From: an uncultured Alphaproteobacteria bacterium
GTDB taxonomy: Bacteria > Pseudomonadota > Alphaproteobacteria > Rhizobiales > Xanthobacteraceae
Direction of reading: 5' to 3'
Length of the DNA: 64,000 nt
Assembly: GCA_963800155.1 (NCBI GenBank)
Contig: CAWDAB010000004.1
Span: forward strand, 26,755 to 90,754
Made by a program: the position numbers and the translations under genes
The notes under the pieces: generated by a model
Databases searched by the model: none
What the model was told of the DNA's origin: nothing
What the model saw: only the letters and a program-made list of their open reading frames with translations
Shown here: positions 62,160 to 64,000 of the stretch, piece after piece
How positions within the stretch are numbered: position 1 is the first letter of the stretch
Layout: each line of letters begins with the position of its first letter

Positions 62160-63035
62160 ATGCCGAAATTCCTGATCGAGCCGCACTTCCGCCTGCAAGA
62201 ATGGGTCGCCGAAGAGAAGGACTATTTCCGCCAGGAAGGTCTAGACTACGAGTTCCGCGAGCTGGTGCGATCAACTAGCGGCAAGATCCACGACAAGGGC
62301 GATAAGATAGGCGCCTTCCAATCGTTCGAGCAGGGGCGCCAAGCGAGCGTGAGCTGCGCCTGCCATTGGACCGTCAACGTCGCGGCCTCCAACGGCCACG
62401 GCAAGATGTACACGGACGTCTATTCCGTGGCGCCGGCGGGCATCTTCGTGCCGGTCAACTCACCCGTGAAGACGCCGGCTGATCTCGCCGGAGTGCCGAT
62501 TTCGGTCGGCTTCCAGTCCGGCAGTCACTACGCCACCGTGCAGGCGCTCGAACAATATCTCAAACCGGAGGACATCAACCTTGTCTACTCCGACGGCATG
62601 CTTTTCGCGCGCATGGAGCGGCTAATCGAGGGCAGAGCGCCGGCGGTAAACCTGTTCAGCGGGCCTTATTACTTTGCAGAGCAGCTCGGCTTCCGCAAAG
62701 TGATCGACACCACATTCATGATCGGCACCATGATCCACGACGATCCTGATCGAGATGACCTGCGCAAGTTCTTCCGCGCGCTGCGCCGCGCCCAACGCGA
62801 CATTGATCTCAGGCCGGAGCTCTACACGCATTATTACAAGAATGAATTTCCCGACCGTTTCCATCAGATGATGGACACGCGGCGCTGGGGTCCTGGAGAG
62901 CGGCTGGTGTTCGAGCCCTACACCCAGGAAGTCTACCAGGAGTCCTTCGACTGGATCGCCGCCCACCGCATATTCCCAGAAGGTGCGATGGGTGCCCGAC
63001 GCTACGAGCAGGCCACCCTGTCGTTGACCAACTGA
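62160..63035 (+). CDS. SsuA/NMT1-like substrate-binding-fold protein without an obvious signal peptide
   Basis: VKTPADLAG..I.V...SGSH motif; size 291 aa. Confidence 0.65.
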   Translation: MPKFLIEPHFRLQEWVAEEKDYFRQEGLDYEFRELVRSTSGKIHDKGDKIGAFQSFEQGRQASVSCACHWTVNVAASNGHGKMYTDVYSVAPAGIFVPVNSPVKTPADLAGVPISVGFQSGSHYATVQALEQYLKPEDINLVYSDGMLFARMERLIEGRAPAVNLFSGPYYFAEQLGFRKVIDTTFMIGTMIHDDPDRDDLRKFFRALRRAQRDIDLRPELYTHYYKNEFPDRFHQMMDTRRWGPGERLVFEPYTQEVYQESFDWIAAHRIFPEGAMGARRYEQATLSLTN

Positions 63036-63230
63036 TGCGGTGCTAATGAAATAGGGCGTGGCGGTGACGCCGTTCAGCCGTCGAACGCGGCGGCACGCTC
63101 AGCTAATTCATTTGCGAGTGCCGGACAGAATGGTTGGCTTGCTCCTTTCCTGTCGAAACCAGATGGGGAGCCCCGGTCATGTGTGGGGGCTCCTGTCAGG
63201 CCTCATGCGCCGCCTCGCTTGGAGAAGCAT

Positions 63231-63324
63231 ATGACGCTGCGGACGCGATTGACGGACATGCTTGCCATCGAGCATCCGATCATTTCAGCCCCGATGGCCT
63301 TTGCCGGGGGCGGCAAGCTTGCCG
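63231..63324 (+). pseudogene. Nitronate monooxygenase N-terminal fragment, truncated by phage DNA
   Basis: MTLRTRLTDMLAIEHPIISAPMAFAGGGKLA with RBS GGAG, then an in-frame switch to tail protein sequence. Confidence 0.75.
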
Positions 63325-64000
63325 TCGCGCCGACCGCGGCCCTTTCCTGCGCGATTTACCAGGATGCAACTCAAATCGGCACGCTGGATTTTGCTGCTGG
63401 CAGCACGGCCGGCACGTTTACGTTCGACCAGGCCATCCAGTTCAACGCCGGCAATACGCTGCGCGTCATGCGCCCGGCGGCGCTCGATGAAACCGCGCTC
63501 GATCTGAGTATTCTGTTCGCCGCGGTGAAGGGCACGCTGTAACATGGCGACTTCGCTTGTTGCGGTCGCCAATAGCGGGACCGCCAACCCGCGCGGAGCC
63601 TGGTCGGGAGACGACGGTATAAGCTGGTCGACCGTCAATCTACCGACCTTTGCGAATGGTTCGGGGTCAAGCTGGTCGGGGCTCGCCTATTCCCCCGCCC
63701 TCGATATGTTCGTCGCCATCGCCAGCGGCGGCGACAACAATAATAACAACGTTGCCCGCTCAACCGACGCTGGGCAAAGCTGGACCGGCACCGCCGTCCC
63801 AAATCAAAATACCTGGACGATGAACGGCATCTGCTGGGCAGGCCACCTCGGCTTGTTCGTCATCGTCACTTCGGCCGGGCCGACCAGCGCAACTCGCGTT
63901 CTGACCTCAGCGGATGGGATCAATTGGACCGCGCGCACGCTGCCGGTGACGGCGGTTTCCCTGCTTTCAGTTTGCTGGTCGAGTGACCTCGGGCTGCTGG
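63317..64000 (+). repeat. Second, diverged copy of the tail-adaptor 3' end and RBP 5' end (copy 1 at about 40060-40746)
   Basis: Colinear homology over the whole stretch, with mostly third-position differences. Confidence 0.93.
63544..64000 (+). CDS. Receptor-binding protein paralog, 3'-partial and in frame
   Basis: MATSLVAVANSGTANPRGAWSGDDGISW...SSDLGLL, with no stop to the window end. Confidence 0.8.
   Translation, partial: MATSLVAVANSGTANPRGAWSGDDGISWSTVNLPTFANGSGSSWSGLAYSPALDMFVAIASGGDNNNNNVARSTDAGQSWTGTAVPNQNTWTMNGICWAGHLGLFVIVTSAGPTSATRVLTSADGINWTARTLPVTAVSLLSVCWSSDLGLL

Noticed and set aside
39513-64000. Diversity-generating retroelement or invertible shufflon acting on the RBP
   Set aside because: No reverse transcriptase or invertase is present; the copies are direct repeats and differ at all bases in a synonymous pattern, not specifically at adenines.
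1-64000. CRISPR array, rRNA, known riboswitch
   Set aside because: No repeat-spacer periodicity or recognisable consensus was seen by eye; an Rfam scan was not possible.

Overview
GC-rich alphaproteobacterial DNA, probably Hyphomicrobiales (inferred from gene content). Layout: (1) 1-8.8 kb is host chromosome: a poly-HAMP hybrid histidine kinase, a REC-PAS-HWE-REC kinase, an acyl-CoA synthetase and an enoyl-CoA hydratase. (2) A tRNA-Arg with the uncommon TCG anticodon (8898-8974) is followed by 3' remnants of two other tRNAs, which marks an island boundary. (3) 9.6-12.6 kb is an internally deleted DUF1156/DUF499 defence-operon remnant. (4) 12.6-46.1 kb holds only the late region of a lambda-like siphophage: cos-like site, methylase, terminase, portal, S49 protease, capsid, tail, tape measure, receptor-binding protein and GH108 lysis genes. 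No integrase, repressor or replication genes are visible. (5) Three non-phage cargo blocks lie inside or after the phage genes: a PAS kinase block; a merRTP block without merA; and a 17 kb block with metal ATPases, a two-component system, a type III PKS cluster and catabolic genes. The most notable feature is that cargo blocks are bounded by extra, diverged copies of the flanking phage genes. The layout is A-cargo1-B'A'-cargo2-B at 25.8-33.3 kb, and a second tail/RBP copy is fused into a truncated host gene at 63.3 kb. This is the pattern expected if phage-homology-armed DNA circles repeatedly integrated into a resident prophage by single crossover. That mechanism is an inference. Many genes carry 1-nt frameshifts, which may be read or assembly errors or real decay, so several coordinates join multiple ORFs. 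All family assignments come from motif recognition, not database searches.
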